Virus record (IMG/VR): IMGVR_UViG_3300008108_000118
DNA: 64,000 nt
Source: a virus
Strand: one strand, 5' to 3'
The stretch's first letter is position 1; every line of letters starts with the position of its first letter. Position numbers and translations under genes: made by a program. A model generated the notes under the pieces. That model made no database searches, had not been told where the DNA came from, and saw only the letters and a list, made by a program, of their open reading frames with translations. Positions 63,336 through 64,000 of this stretch are shown here, in pieces.

Positions 63336-63842
63336 TTATCTATTAAAATACATCTTAATAAATTCACTTTTCGACATCCCGACTTTGTTTGTTTCTTTTG
63401 GTTTTTCTGTAACTTTATTATCTACTACCTTTTTCTCTACGATTTTCTTTTCAACAATTTGATTTTTTGTGGTTGTTGGAGTTAAAGTAATTTCATTAAC
63501 CACAATTTTAGGTTTTTTATCTTCAACTTGTTCTTGAACTGTTACACTAACCTTCTTATCTGAAACAACATCAAATTCTGAACTCCAAGGTTCAAAATGT
63601 ACATCATCGGCTATGATCTCCAATTTTATTGTACCAACCTCACCTTCACTAAGGATATTTTTTAATTTTGGTAAATTAAATTCACACACACCATTATCAA
63701 ATAATTTACCTCTAAAAAGATATGACATTTCGTTCTTTGTTTCCAAAATAACTCTAGCTTGAGAATTACTTAAAGAAGTACCTTCAACCTGTACAGTACA
63801 TTGAAATTTATTGGTCTTGTCGGTATATAATTTGTAACCCAT
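63336..63842 (-). CDS. hypothetical protein, 168 aa
   Basis: ORF convergent with 62969..63334. Confidence 0.45.
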   Translation of the reverse strand: MGYKLYTDKTNKFQCTVQVEGTSLSNSQARVILETKNEMSYLFRGKLFDNGVCEFNLPKLKNILSEGEVGTIKLEIIADDVHFEPWSSEFDVVSDKKVSVTVQEQVEDKKPKIVVNEITLTPTTTKNQIVEKKIVEKKVVDNKVTEKPKETNKVGMSKSEFIKMYFNR

Positions 63843-64000
63843 ATTAAACTATAACTTTTACGTTTATTTGTCTTATTTCTTTTATAAATAGTTTCATATC
63901 CTTAATTGTTACATCAACATCGGTATTTTTTGATTTATTACTAGTGATGACCAATTCTTTATTTTGTTCCGTTTTTATTCTTGTTATCAGTCCTATTAAT

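Overview
This ~64 kb window is AT-rich (roughly 30% GC) and looks like part of a large T4-like myovirus genome. Several features suggest a Bacteroidota-type host, but this is inferred only: repeated sigmaA-like TTTG-N19-20-TAnnTTTG promoters, little Shine-Dalgarno usage, a GH19 endolysin and a phage-encoded ribosomal protein bS21 gene. On the minus strand there is a T4-style head morphogenesis block: large terminase, portal, prohead core proteins and protease, a repeat-rich acidic scaffold, and a gp23-like major capsid protein. Each gene in this block is followed by an intrinsic terminator. Elsewhere the window contains a dCMP deaminase, a ClpB/ClpC-like Hsp100, a small Hsp20, a KTSC-domain protein, a ParB-like/nucleotidyltransferase fusion, and a polynucleotide kinase plus RNA ligase (RNA repair) cassette. 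It also has a glycan-synthesis cluster (UDP-galactopyranose mutase plus three glycosyltransferases), an IMPDH/GMP-reductase-family protein, an SPFH/band-7 protein, a metallophosphoesterase, a lysis cassette (holin, GH19 endolysin, spanin-like ORFs), and four paralogs of an uncharacterised protein family sharing a Y-G-x-N-T-x-W-C-T core. RNA content is unusually rich: 27 tRNA genes (one alone, one inside a noncoding island, and two arrays of 12 and 13, two of them low-confidence), a tmRNA-like gene, and a tRNA-like RNA with a ~130-nt insertion. There are also several degenerate tRNA-like remnants, and a ~900-nt GC-rich, ORF-free, promoter-to-terminator unit next to the tRNA arrays that is a candidate large structured ncRNA. 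No CRISPR arrays, rRNA genes, or transposase/integrase genes were seen.
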